Assembly: GCA_964016885.1 (NCBI GenBank)
Contig: OZ024742.1
Location: 351,168,001-351,232,000, forward strand
Source of the DNA: Eledone cirrhosa
Lineage: Eukaryota
DNA length: 64,000 nt
Direction: 5' to 3'
The position numbers were made by a program, and so were the translations under genes. The notes under the pieces were generated by a model. The model was not told the origin of the DNA. It did no database searches and saw only the letters and a list, made by a program, of their open reading frames with translations. Positions 26,875 through 41,979 of this stretch are shown here, in pieces. The number at the start of each line of letters is the position of its first letter. Positions within the stretch are counted from its first letter, which is position 1.

Positions 26875-28400
26875 TAAAATAACAGATTAAAGTTTAAGCA
26901 AAGAATCGCTGCTTTCACCCTTAACGGGATCTTCTGAAACTAACAAAGTCAATATGTAAACGCAGAACTGGATATTTCAAAAAACGTTGCAACCGGAGGA
27001 AGACAGGGAGACGATACTTTGGTTCGTGGTAACGTTACCCTCTAAGAGGGAATATGACGTCACTTTCAGCTTATATCTGGAGTCTAAAAGACAACCACAC
27101 CCAATATAAGTTACACTGGGAGATCCTAGCTAGGGCTAGATCGTATAACAGAAATAAAAGACCTTGCGACCTCTGCGCCGCTGAGGCCCTGGAAATACTC
27201 TACGCCACAGACCACATCTTAAACAAAAAATCTGAGGCAATTTCGGCTTGTAAACATAAATTGCACAGAACTTTCCTGTATTACAGCCCAACGTTATACC
27301 CTAACGAATAGCACGATCCATACGTGGATATTTTACGTCTTGATGTGGGAGCTGAGTATATGTTTTGTTTATTCCTTTACTTATTTGCATAGGTAAGTAT
27401 ATATTACCCGTATGTTTTGTGAAGGTATGTATACCTTCTCGTACGTATATTTGACTGTTATGGCGTATAATTTTTACATATTCTGGTATTTAGGGTTTGG
27501 CTATGTGTATACGGGAGTTTTGCGTCTGCGTGAGTATGCAGGTTCGTACGTATGGTGGGTGTGTGTATATGTGTACTTCTTGTTTTAGTTGACTTACGTC
27601 TCCGAACATTCGTGTATTTATATGTAGGTATGCGTGTGAGCTTGTTATATACGTATTTATTTACTTATATACGTTTATATAATTATTTATTTATTTGTAC
27701 ACAAGCATACACACACACACACATATTTATATGTACGCGGTTTTGTATACCTATGGTAAGGTTTTGCGTATGCTTGTGTATATACGTATCTGTCTGCGTG
27801 TATGTATTTATTTGTTTCTATTACTTCTGTATTATAATTATTTACTTTGTTCTTAACTCTGTAGCGGAGATTCATTTGGTCTCCTAGTTACAATTTTAGT
27901 CTACGACTTCTGCTATACCATTTACGTGGTTTTGTCTTTGCGTGCTATTGTTCTCCACGCTCCACATATGACTTATTATCTTCGTTTTTTCGTTCATTGC
28001 CAGGAACGTCTCTATGCACCACCTAAGAGAACATTAGTCTACGACTACTTTTATACCATAAACGTGGTTCTGTCTTTGCCCGTAATTGTTTTTCACCGCT
28101 CCTATTAATGACGTATTATTCGTTTTTTCCCGTTCTTTGCCAGCGAACTTTACCACGAACCAAAGTATCGTCTTCCTGTCTTCCTCCGGTTGCAACGTTT
28201 TTTGAAATATCCAGTTCTGCGTTTACAGATTGACTTTGTTAGTTTCAGAAGATCCGGTTAAGGGTGAAAGCAGCGATTCTTTGCTTAATCTTTAATCTGT
28301 TATTTTAATAAATATTTGCTCTACGGTTCTTATATATTTGATATATATTTTCCTTATCGAGCCCTCTTTGGATTTTAGTCTTCAATTTTATTATTATTAC
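26871..28400 (+). mobile_element. Heavily 5'-truncated PLE (third Nematis-like family) with inverted head
   Basis: 26871-27036 is inverted at 28146-28311, plus a ~90-bp tail; mini-palindromic copy of the same end at 51926-52097. Confidence 0.85.
27054..27311 (+). pseudogene. C-terminal fragment of PLE GIY-YIG endonuclease
   Basis: TSLSAYIWSLK..WEILARARSY..CDLCAAE..ILNKKSEAISACKHK aligns with the C-terminus of the 6589-8487 product. Confidence 0.85.
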
Positions 28401-28402
28401 TA

Positions 28403-28462
<60 letters not shown>

Positions 28463-28479
28463 TGATTTCAGACATATTT

Positions 28480-28828
28480 GAGTCCAGAAATAGCCGTCTA
28501 AACGGCTTGAGTTCTGTCGTCGGGGTCCTGATCCTTTTCCTATTACCCACTCTACTACCCAAAGTGTCGAGTACTCTGAAGCGTTATGGCCTATCTGTTT
28601 CCTTACCACACTTCCTTGGTTATATATATATATATATAGGAAAAAGTATGACCCCGACGGCAGAGCTCAGGCCGTTTCGACTGCTATCTCTGGACAGTAA
28701 TAGCCGTCGAAACGGCTTGAGCTCTGCCGTCGGGGCTATACTTTTTTCTTATTTCCCACTCTACTATCCTAAGTATTTAATACTCTGATACGTTATGGTC
28801 CATCTGGTTCCTTACCACAATTCCTTTG

Positions 28829-28830
<2 letters not shown>
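28480..28830 (+). mobile_element. Two short 'GTCCAG'-family copies (one with inverted head at 28639-28696)
   Basis: AGCCGTCGAAACGGCTTGAGCTC.GCCGTCGGGG..TTCCTATTACCCACTCTACTA..TTCCTTACCACA consensus. Confidence 0.85.
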
Positions 28831-28892
<62 letters not shown>

Positions 28893-29233
28893 CTTTTGAA
28901 TATTACCTGTCCTATATTACCTGACGAGTTCGAAACTCGAGATTTTATCCTTAATAGGATATCTCAAAACACGAACGAACCCGAGGGTGGAGACATAGTC
29001 ATGGTACGAGTGTATGCATTTCTTCTGAATTTAATACTATACCTAATTGTGTATAGTCGATTTCTACATGCTGTTGAAATGTTGGGGCTGGTGTCGTTTA
29101 TTTATCAAATATTTCTTCATAGGCGCCTTTAATCTTATAGCCTGGTCTAATTGATTTTTACGTGGGTAATTAGGCTAATTGGGAGAGAAAATGATGTATA
29201 TATTTTATCAAATGATTCTATGGACATACTTTA

Positions 29234-29627
<394 letters not shown>

Positions 29628-29661
29628 ATATATATATTCAACCATCTGGCAGGAAGGTATA

Positions 29662-29702
29662 CGATTCTGACGATAACTAATAAGCTTGAAACTAGTACAT
29701 CG
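29662..29702 (+). ncRNA. Minimal hammerhead ribozyme, slightly decayed
   Basis: CGATT-CTGACGA-(weak stem II)-GAAAC-TA-GTA-CATCG; palindromic ACTAGT. Confidence 0.55.
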
Positions 29703-29874
29703 TTTCTGTGTCAGTGTTGAACAAAAGGTGACGTGGTTGCCTAAACACAGTACGGCGTGGTTCGGGCTGTTTGTTTACAAACAAACAAACAAACCGAGCA
29801 TTATATTAAATGTTCGGTAAACCGATATGTGCATACATATATATGTGTGCATCTATGTATATATATACATACTA

Positions 29875-29929
<55 letters not shown>

Positions 29930-30581
29930 CAGTAGAACTTGTATTGAACAGAATAGTGCAACGTGTAAGGAGGAGAAGAAATTGTATGAAGCTACAAACG
30001 CTTACATATAGAGATATAAATACTAGTGAAAGATAGATTGAATGAGCGGAATATAACCATATAAATCGTTAGATGAGTCTATGTGGAGTGTTGGTTGGAA
30101 GAAAAGCTAAACATTATGAATTCCTTGACGTTTGGTGCGCAGGCTGAAAATCAATTTTAATTATATCAGTGGAAAACATTAGAGGGAGTTATTGATAAAT
30201 ATTCTAAAGAGAAAGCACGTTTGATAATATAGGAGACAGAAACAATAGGTACTGTACGCCAAATTACACACATAACCAAAATACTTCAATGCAAGTGATG
30301 TCTACAAACACTTGTGTATTCAGGAAGGAATCACAATCTATTGTTAAAAGTTCAAAGAAAAACCTCTGATTAGCCGCCGTCTTCTAGTTGGCAAGTTAAT
30401 TCAGGAGAGCCAATTGAACATAAGAATTATACAGTTGCTATTCAGAAACTCGGTATCAACTTCGCCACTAATTAATTTGATTATCTAGCTTACGAATCTT
30501 TCGCTATGTGTTTGCAATTCTATGTTGAGGCGGTGAGCTGGGCTTCTATTCTGAATATAAATGTGTACATGAATGTATGTA

Positions 30582-30701
<120 letters not shown>

Positions 30702-30769
30702 GTGTGTTTGCGTGTGTGTGTATGTGTGCGTGCGTGTGTACGTGTGTGTGTATGTACGGGTGTGTGTAC

Positions 30770-30858
<89 letters not shown>

Positions 30859-31271
30859 TGTATACATATATATATGTATATATATATATATATTTAGAGA
30901 GAGAGAGAGATAAGTTTATTCCGGGTTCAATCGGGGATAGCCGCAGTAAGTAAGTTACTCAATACGAAGCAGGGTATAAATATTTAATATAGAAAATGTT
31001 TCTACGGGACTAGAACTGTTTCATTCGGGAAAAGTCACTAGGAAGCACCTCTCCAAGTAGTATGGTTGTATTTATACCTTTTCCGGTGGTAGGAGAGGGT
31101 GGTTATTGGGATGGGTGGAGGCTATAGGTTGATGGGTTTAAAGAAAAGGGAATTCTTTAAAATCTATATTTACAAAGGCAGAATGAAATCTATAGGCAGG
31201 TTCAAACTGGGTGTGCCACTTCTGATTTTTAAGTTTAACTTAAGCTACAGAGAGGGGGAGAGAGCGAGGGC

Positions 31272-31397
<126 letters not shown>

Positions 31398-32079
31398 TAG
31401 AGAGTGTTTAATGATGTAGACATAGCTTATACAGGAATAGAGGTGTTTCATTCAATAAAAACCTCCAGGAAAGCCGTCGATATTTACAATCTACTCGAAT
31501 GAACCCCGTTTTCACACACACGCATATATATATATCTTTTCTTTTCAATGACTGATAATACCTTACCGGCGCCACTCGAAGAAGGTAATTAGTTAACTCA
31601 TAAATGGAGCTAACAGGTACTACTACTACTACTCCGGGGAAGGGCATACCTGGGAGTGATAACAACTAAGGGTTAACTCCACATTGCCCACAGTTCCTAC
31701 ACTCCCAAACTGATGCCTTGCCACTGGATGTTGTTTATATATATATATATATTAGGTTTATTGGGGCTTATAAGCTTTATGCACTTATTGAGGGATTTTT
31801 TAAGGTGCTTCTACGAGATCCCAAGTCTTTTACTTTTAATGCGTAAATGATAAATTATCTAATTTTTAACCTTCAATCCCTGATTCTTAGGCCCTTTTCA
31901 AATTCTCTTAACTCCTCATAACCCATCCCTTTTACAACTCCGACAACTAATATAGACAACTAAACTAGAATATAGACCCCAAATATACAAGCGGAGCTGC
32001 TGATGTATACCACAATTTCAAACTGCTAATCTTGAGTGAAACGTTGATGTAAATAATGAACTTGCAATCACATGTTATA

Positions 32080-32126
32080 TGCCTTGAAAAGGTCCTGCAT
32101 ATGGTCGGACGAAACAGCTGTCGGCA
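32080..32126 (+). ncRNA. Hammerhead ribozyme, U3-A8 core variant
   Basis: TGCC-TTGAAAA-G-GTCC..GGAC-GAAAC-AGCT-GTC-GGCA followed by ATAAA. Confidence 0.7.
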
Positions 32127-32185
32127 ATAAACTTGTTATAATGTCATAATAGTTCCTTTGTTCTTTTTCATTAATATATATATAT

Positions 32186-32601
<416 letters not shown>

Positions 32602-32605
32602 CATA

Positions 32606-32651
<46 letters not shown>

Positions 32652-32790
32652 CATATGTATGTATATATATATATGTATATATATATATACATATGTATAT
32701 ATACGTATATCATTTCATTTCGGCAATTCACAAAATAGTTGTCCACTACCATATTAACGGCGTCATTGTGATCATCATTATTATCAATAT

Positions 32791-32985
32791 AGGTGGTGAA
32801 TTTGCAGTATCTGTAGAGGGTCGGACGCCATGCTTTGACGCATAGAGTTACGGCCCTTGCCAATCTGAGTTCAAATCACGCCGAGGTTAATTTTGCCTTT
32901 CATCCTTACGGGGTCGATAAAATATAGTACCTGTAATGTACTGGGTAATTTGCTGGCCTTGTGCCTATAGAAGAGACCATTATTA
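32791..32985 (+). mobile_element. tRNA-derived SINE with Meta-domain-like core
   Basis: B-box GAGTTCAAATC followed by GCCTTTCATCCTTACGGGGTCGATAAAATA.AGTACC; copies at 34668-35190, 35987-36165, 39826-40010 (-) and, decayed, 49085-49225 (-). Confidence 0.8.
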
Positions 32986-33578
32986 TCAATATAGTTGTCG
33001 TCATTGACATCGTTGTCGTTCTCTTTGCTATTGATTATGCCATCGTCATCGCCATTATGTTTGTTTTTCACCCCTTCTCACACTTTTGAATGTTTTTCTT
33101 TTATTTACTTTTTGTTTACATTCTCATTTCTTTGACTTTTATATTTGTTATCCTTAATATTTTATATTTAACCCTTTAAACCTGAAAACACTGTTACTCT
33201 CCCTGGCCCTACATACCCATTTAATGGATGTAAATAAACATATATCATGACCTCTGTTAACAGTTTATATCTGTCTTTGCTCATATAAACTCACATAAGA
33301 GATGTTGAAAACGCGTACGGTCCTGTTATCTTGATTTTTACCCTGAGCTGATCGATAACGAAACATTTGTGTTATGCGAACATCACTTGTGCTTATGCTG
33401 CAGCACTGAATTCTTGTTTAATTCATTTACGCTGTTCACTACAGCCGCCTTAATTCTGGAATAAAATGCAGAGGAGATGGACCTCATAACAGAATTGCGT
33501 GATTCGAACGTGGCGCAGCCTCTAACTGTTGTTGCACGCCTAACTATTACAAATAGTGAAATAGTAGTATATATATAT

Positions 33579-33666
<88 letters not shown>

Positions 33667-33856
33667 GGAACCAGTAAGACCCCGACAGCTGAGCTCAAGC
33701 CGTTTCGACGGCTAATTCTGGACTGAATTAGCCGTCGAAACGGCTTGAGCTCAGCTGTCGGGGTCTTACTTGTTCCTATTACCCACTCTACTACCTCAAG
33801 TATTGAGTACTTTGGTGCGTTATGGTCCACCTGGTTTCTTACCACATTTCCTTCGT

Positions 33857-33894
<38 letters not shown>

Positions 33895-34667
33895 TAGATA
33901 TAGATATATAGATATATAGATGTATGTATGTATATATATATGTGTGTGTGTGTGTGTGTGCATGATACATTCATTGGAGTATAAGAGCATCTTGAGTATA
34001 CATTGGATGGGCAAAGACAATAGCCGATATCTAAATGGGTGATATATGTCAATATGCTAAGCTGTCTTCATTAAGTAAGAATCTTAAATATTTGCTGACA
34101 ACATCTTAGAAACGGTGATTACCCGATCACATAGTATGACAAGTTGCAAGGTTGGCAAACTGTATAAGTATTACTCGCTGTTCGACAAATACTTGTTTGT
34201 ACTTTTAGCAACGTAGTGATGTTGATTAAATGAATTATACCCAGCCACCAAAACATGTGGAGTTTGGCCAATACTAGAAATCAATTACGACATATCTATG
34301 CATTGATGGTCCCACTGATTATAAAGAATTTTGTATTTTGAACTGATAATTCAGTTGTTCCCGAAATATTTAGGGATGGTAGCATATATATGGTAATATA
34401 ATTGTTTTAGATTCTGTTGGTTAACTACTCTATGTTGTGCCACATATGTTGTCACTTTTTTCCTATAAATTATTCATTGGAGAACTTTTAAACTTAGTCA
34501 TAATTACATTATCAATACTTATATCTATGTCTCTAGTTAGCTATCGTTCTCTCGTTCAAACACACATACACACACACACCTACACATACACACCCACACA
34601 CACACCCACACACACACGCACACACATACTCTCTCTCTCTCAGGCTCTCTCTGTCAACTCTGATAGG

Positions 34668-35190
34668 TTAACTTTGCCATTCATCCTTACGGGGTCGATA
34701 AAATAAAGTACCAGTAATGCACTGGTTAATTGCTGGTCTTGTGCCAAAACTAGAAACAATTATTAATGGCAGTGTTGATAGATGGTCGGACGCCATGCCT
34801 CGCAGAATAGTTACGTCCCTTTGCGGTCTGAGTTCAAATCCTGCCGACGTTAACTTTGCCTTTCACCCTTGCGGAGTCGATAAAATAAGGTACCAGTAAT
34901 GCACTGGATTAATTGCTGGCCTTGTGCCAACAAGTGGAAACAATTATTAATATTACACTCTAATGCGGTGCATTGGCAGTATAGGTAGAGGGCCGGATGC
35001 CATGCTTTGTCAGCATAGAGTTACGGCCCTTTATGATCTGAGTTCAAATTCCCCGAGATTAACATTGCCTTTCCTCCTTACGGGGTCGATAGAATAAAGT
35101 ACCAGTTACGCACTGCGGTCGATTTAATCGATTTTTTCCTCCCCCAAAATTGCTGGCCTTGTGTCTATATAGGAAATCATTATTAATATT
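34668..35190 (+). mobile_element. Three head-to-tail copies of the same SINE
   Basis: Core GGGGTCGATAAAATAAAGTACCAG recurs at ~34691, ~34873 and ~35082. Confidence 0.8.
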
Positions 35191-37155
35191 ACACTCTGTT
35201 TTTGAAGTAAACCGACCATAGTATGATACCAAATGTTTGACACCACGTACTTTATTTAAACGGAACCACCTTCACACATGTGTGTGTTAGACTGTATGTT
35301 TGTCTCTGCGTGTCTGTATATATTGACTATTCAATATAGGTATATCTTTTGAAATATAAAATCATATCTGCTAAACTTCATTTCGAAAAATATACTGAAA
35401 AATGTTATGCGAAAATTTACGGGTAAGTATTTCCTGAAGATAAAACAATCAGTTGTCCTTCAGATATGTCTCCCTGATTATATAAGTGAAACTGTAAATA
35501 TCTCCTGATGTGCCATTTGGACATGAAATCATCGCGTTTTTAGGTATTAATTGAACAACAATATATATGTAGACCCGTCAGTCATGACTATATCATATTA
35601 CAGAGGTATAGTTGCTCTACATTGAATATCTTCAATTAAAGCAGCATTTTAGAATCACTGAATATTCCTGACCTTCTTTGATACAATAATATAAGAACAT
35701 ATATGGTGTTTTTAATATATGGAATAAATAAATAAATTTGACTGTACGTGAAATTATGTAATCTAATTTCAATTGCACGTGTATATGTATATATATATAC
35801 ATATACACTTGCAATATATATACATAAATATATGTGTGTATATATACTATATTTTTGTCTATTGTTTCCTCATATTTTGTAATTTAATAAATAACTCTGA
35901 TTATGTAGTTAATTTAATTATTTTAGTTATTTTGGCTCTTTCGGTAATCGAGCAAAACTTGTTAAGGCGGACATCACACACACACGTATCGGTAGAGGGT
36001 CGGACGCCATGCTTTGCAGCATAGAGTTACGGCCCCTTTACAATCTTAGTTGAAATCCCGCCGTGGTTAACTTTGCCTTTGATCTTTACGGGGTCGATAA
36101 AATAAAGTACCAGCAATGCACTGGGTAATTGCTGGCCTTGTGCCAAAAGTAGAAACTATTGTTATATTGTCCCAAACTCCCCTATAGACGAATTAACAAC
36201 GAGTGTATTAACTGCTTTTTCTAGCAAATACGCTATTCGCTCACTGTCCACCTTATTACCCTTCTGTGACCACTGTATGATGTGTTTAAATCTCTCCCCG
36301 TCTCTCGAGAAATTCTCACTTGCTACGAAAGGAACACCTTTTTTTTCACAACTGCATCACGTGTTAATCTCTCCCTCTGCCTATGAGACTTTCTCACTTG
36401 CTATAAAAGAGTCAAGAAACAGTCCTTTTTTCCGAGGGGTCTCTTGATAGGCCGAATAAACGTCACAGCGATGATGCACGTTTATAGTGCAGAAGAAGGA
36501 GCACACGGATGGGCGAAACTGCAGTCGGGACTTTGAAGAAAAAATGGGTATATTTTTGTCTCTTAATTCCTACTAAGCTAGCGTTTTCTACTACTCAATA
36601 CATACTCATCTACGGTATATAATGTGACAAACCATAATAGCAAAAGTTCATTTCATCTGTCATTTATATGTCTGGTTATTCTTTACGTTATATGTCTTGG
36701 TCATAAGATATTAATTTATTTTTTAATAAATAATATATATTCACATAAAACTTGGCGGCTGCTTGGCTCAGCTAATGAGATGCTGAATGTAATTCTGCGT
36801 TGGGAAATGAAAGAATACTAAGTTAAATATACAGGTGCAATTGTAAATTCTCCATATAAGAAATCGCACTATTATCAATTTCTTGTTTGAAATGTATGTT
36901 CTAAGTCTGTTTATTATCAATAATATAAAACAATCTATTGTTTTAAACGCTTGTCAATATTTCAATCACAAAAAAAACATGAATTTAACATTGTCTCACT
37001 TCTTAAAAATAACAATTACATGTAGATTTCCACTGTTAAACAACATTTCAAACAGTGTTCTACAAATTAAATATAAATGGTAATTCCTTTGTGTATTGGA
37101 GTAAAAAGAAATATTTTGAATCAATGAATATTTCTATATATATATGCATATGTAA

Positions 37156-37257
<102 letters not shown>

Positions 37258-37712
37258 GTATGTATATATATACGCATATGTATATATAGATATATATATA
37301 TGTATATAAACATATATATTCATACACATACACACACACACATACATATTACGAATATTTAGCTATTTATGTGTATCTCTATGATTTGCAAGTTTGATTA
37401 GAATCAATGTTAATTATATTTCGGACCCTTGGGTGCAGCACAACAAAACCTGTTTATGCGTGATTTAAGTTCAATATATTTCCTGCGATCTTCTACAGAC
37501 TATCTGACTCCAATGGATATTGATGATAGAAAACATTAATTGATTTTCCTCACCTAACCCTTCTTCTAAGATGTTTTATATGTGCGTGATCGACTCCTGA
37601 TTCAGCACCATGACTTCTTTTTAGTATGAAACGATGGAATGTAAAGCAGAGTTAAGATGAGGCATGAAAACAGAGTTTCTGTGCATTTAACTGATCTCTA
37701 TACCAGTGACTC

Positions 37713-38327
37713 TGACGGTCACGAAGGCGGCGACAGCAAGCGGTGTGGAGCGCTAGGGCACTGCAAGGCACTACAGACGTTGTAGCCATCCACTGCAGAC
37801 AAGGAAGTCCCTAGTCGTGACGGTCCTCCGTACCACCGGATTCTGGCTTCTGCGGCCGAGTGAGTGGGATCGTCACTGTGCTCTGGCCCCTCCCACTATA
37901 AACCTTTCCCGCGCAGGATTTTTCTTTAGCGTGGACCACCAAAGCCCTGTGGCGATGGGCGAGAGGCGAAGGTAGCAGGTGGAGGTAACCTCTGGTTGTT
38001 GCCAGTCTCAAACCCGCACGTGGGCGGCCTGGATGCGGTTCGTTCTCCTCCTGACCCTGGACAGGACTGAGTGGCGATCCCTTACCAGACGCGCCAAAGA
38101 CTCTTTTGAAGAGAAGAGACGGGCAGAGGTCACTGAGGCCCGTGAAAGGAGAGGAAAGGCATCAGTAGCTGCCCCAAGCGACTCCGGTCTCTACCCCTGC
38201 CCCCACTGTCCCCGGACCTGCAAGTCAAGGATTGGCCTCCCCAGCCGCCTTCGCACCCATGGTAGACGGGAACAACAATGAAGATGTCATCATCGTTTAC
38301 GATGAACAACCAAGAAGAGAAGAGTGG
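37713..38327 (+). mobile_element. Internally deleted RTE-clade LINE derivative with 13-bp TSD
   Basis: ATACCAGTGACTC at 37700-37712 and 38328-38340; 3' part encodes DRTEWR..CPHCPRTCKSRIGL.S.LRTH (RTE C-terminal zinc finger); (GAA)-rich tail; GC-rich non-coding 5' part. Confidence 0.8.
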
Positions 38328-41300
38328 ATACCAGTGACTCCGATTATGTGATGTTTGTCTAATAAATCACGTTGGGTAATTAAGTTTGAAAAGAAATCGA
38401 ATATAAGGAAATTTAGATCAACAGTCTCCAAATTTAATTTGATTGAGATCAATTCTCGTTTCACATCATTAAGTATGCTACCACTATATAAATTTGTGTT
38501 TATATTCACAAAACGTGCCAAGATATATATCAATTTTACAAGTTTTTCTCTCTATCATTGTTCGTTCGTTCAAATTCTGTATCAGGCAGTCAACTCAGAT
38601 CTGCCAAGATAAATTTTCCCTGAATCGCGCAACTGTAATACAACTGCAATTTGTGAGCCTTTCCATCGTATTTGAGAAAGATCAAAATCATTTCACTACA
38701 TATTTCTGTCTAACTACTTATGATGTTAGGGTCTAAAAGTTATTCCCTTTCTCTCAGTTTTCAAATAATCGTCACAAATATATTCGGATTTTCCGAATCC
38801 TAGTGGGTTACACTAATTCACACTTATTGTTCACGCCATTAGGTGCATTGGTTGAGGCTTCGATAACATGTCTTGCGGAATTCAAACCGGCTGAGTTCTG
38901 GTGTCAAATTCTACCTAATTTAACTTTCGCCACGCAAAACCTGTGTATTTCAGTCCCCTCGGATCTCGCAGGGGAAGAAATACACTACTTCACAGAATAT
39001 GTTTAATAAGAATGACATTTCTTTATATTTGGCCGTAGGTTTGTTAGAACCAACCTTAATGCTTGTAACTATCGTTTCAACTCAAATTGGCACAGGTAGT
39101 GAACGAATATATATAATTATACGGTCTGTCTCAAGCTGCAAAACACTTAAAATATTGTTCACCTAAATTACAAAAAAGAATTGGGACTAGGTAAATTGAC
39201 CAATCTGGGAACTAACTTTGAATGAAATTAAGTTCCTTCTAAATTATTGCTGTGTAAATATGCATTTATCAAAATTGTATTAGTAATATTTAATTTCGAA
39301 GTTGGCAGAGAAAACGTTACAAACTATTAGGATCCATAGTTATCAGAAATAAATATTATTTAATATCAATATCAATGCCTTGTTAACCTAATCAATAGTA
39401 TATGTTCTCACAGTTACACTAATGTCTAATACGAAATAGAACATATTAACCGCTAATAAAACAGCTATATTTTATTCTGATAGAAATGTTAATATATGAA
39501 TCATTGAATTAATGTGTAAATGTTATGCAGCAAGTTCCTATGAGATAAAATATGAATACATCTATAAGATAATATATACGAAAGAGAGGTATAACGTTTT
39601 AAGAAATATTTCCATTTCCTATAATTTGTTGTTGACATTTATTTCCGGATTTAATGTAAAATCAACAGTCGTTATGGTCTACAACATTCCATAATTTTGA
39701 AGAAATTCCTACCAAAATCTTGATTATATTTTTATTCCTGTATGGTTTAGGTTTAGCGCTGTTTTTATGGCTGTTACTTCTAGCAGGTTCAGTAACCTTG
39801 TAGAAAGGCTTTATTTAGACATATAATTGTTTCTACTATTGGCACAAGGCCAGCAATTACCCAGTGCATTACTGGTACTTTATTTTATCGACCCCGTAAG
39901 GATGAAAGGCAAAGTTAACCTCGGCGGGATTTGAACTCAGAATGGCAAGGGCCGTAACTCTATGCATCAAAGCATGGCATCCAACCCTCTACCGATACTG
40001 CCAATTCACCAAGTTGCTTTAGTAAAGTAATACCTCTCACCCAAATTATAGATGAAAATATTAGTCTTACAAAATGTTTGGAAACTCAATATGAACTCAA
40101 ATATTCCTGTAATATTAATTGTTACACTGTGAATAAACTGGGCAGATGATTGTGTCAGTATTAAAGTTTTAATATATATAATGAACGTAATGCATACCAT
40201 TGTTTACGATTCCAAGTAATTTGGATACAATTTTCTATGATGCATTATTGAAAATAAATATTGGAAAGGTTTCTGTCCCTGCTACTCATTATCGAAATAT
40301 TATATCTCTTATTACTATAGAAGGAATAATATATTATCCAATTATCTCAGATACTTCGTTTCGACTGACATGAACGAGTGGTAACCTTTTTAACACTACA
40401 TTATCATATTCTGTTCATTTGACAATTAGACAATCCCTGATAAATGACAAACCGTATTTGTGAATAAGATTCAGCTAGATGAGTATTGAAAAATTATAGC
40501 TCTATTATTATGGGAAATAACAGCTGAGAATGTATGTTTTAAAGTAAATTGTACAGTAATAGATATCTAACTAACATTTCCATTTCGTGCCATATTACAT
40601 TATGAGCCAGCTAATTGGCTGTCGTTACTGCATTGTATACAATTATTTAGGGGTATCTCTGATTTCAAATTTCGCCTAATTTCAAGTTGTTTTCCCGCAT
40701 TAACTGTTGGTGCTGGAATCCTCTTTAACGAACCTTTTCTCTTATCATTCCTGTCCCTCACAATCTTTCAGAATTGGATATAGTCACGAAGAGTATACAT
40801 TCTAAATTATAACCGAAGAAATGTTTCTGGGTAGAAAATTAGTGGATCAAGTTTTACGTGAATAGAAACATACAGAATGGTAGAATATGAGAATCGAGGT
40901 GTATTTTCTCAAGGTTGAACGACGGAAATCCAGTAACATTGCAACCTAAATCTTAACAGACTTTTCTACCGTAACTAGTGAATAAATGGGAATAATATAA
41001 TGATAGAACAGAGGTTGTTGAGAATAATTGTATATCATTTTAACAATGTTCTCCTCGTCGTAAATTGTGACGTGATATGGGGTCATAATAGGCAATGATG
41101 TATTTCTCGAAATACAATTCAAAATTATCACATATAAGATAGAAACATTGCGTTATTAAAAAACTGTTGGTGATACTGTCGTTGTATAGTATGAGTATAC
41201 AAGTAGAATATTTATTCATTTGTTTCATAATCATAATTTTAATAATCAAAAGTATACTAATTATTAATATAATGATGACAAAGATGGTGGATACCCTCAT

Positions 41301-41760
41301 AATGGTTGTGTTGGTAAAGAGATGATTCTGCTGATAATAATGCCGTTGTTTATGAAGATTATGATTATATATTTTCATACAAGAATGTAAAAATAAGTTC
41401 ACGCCATTACATCAGAACAAAAATCATGTTTTACTGGTAAACTAGCGAAATATATTATTCAAAATGATTTTTAAAATCGGAGAAACGTTTCGCCAAATTA
41501 AATTAAGATATTGAAAATTTGAATGTGGTTTCACTGCCGTTATCCGAATCGAATCCGCACACAATACCCATTTCGGAGTAAGAGAATTTCTATAGGTTTA
41601 CATTATATTTTCATTTGTGTTAGCGTGAGGGAAATTGTGTTGCAATAATTACATTATTATTATTGTTGTTGACATAACATACTTTTAGCTATTTAGACGT
41701 AGAAAACAGCTGATTATCCATGAAGAACATTTACTAATATACCTATGTATATACAAATAC

Positions 41761-41850
<90 letters not shown>

Positions 41851-41907
41851 ACGTATATATACGATTTTTTTATAATGTACATAAAATATATAAAATATAA
41901 CCGGTTT

Positions 41908-41979
<72 letters not shown>

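Noticed and set aside
28243-28285. CAGAAGA..GAAAGC hammerhead-like motif
   Set aside because: U4 is altered, and stems I and III cannot be paired convincingly.
38340-41700. Host exons in the longer unique-looking stretches (also 49650-50900)
   Set aside because: No ORF or motif support; small exons cannot be excluded without transcript data.
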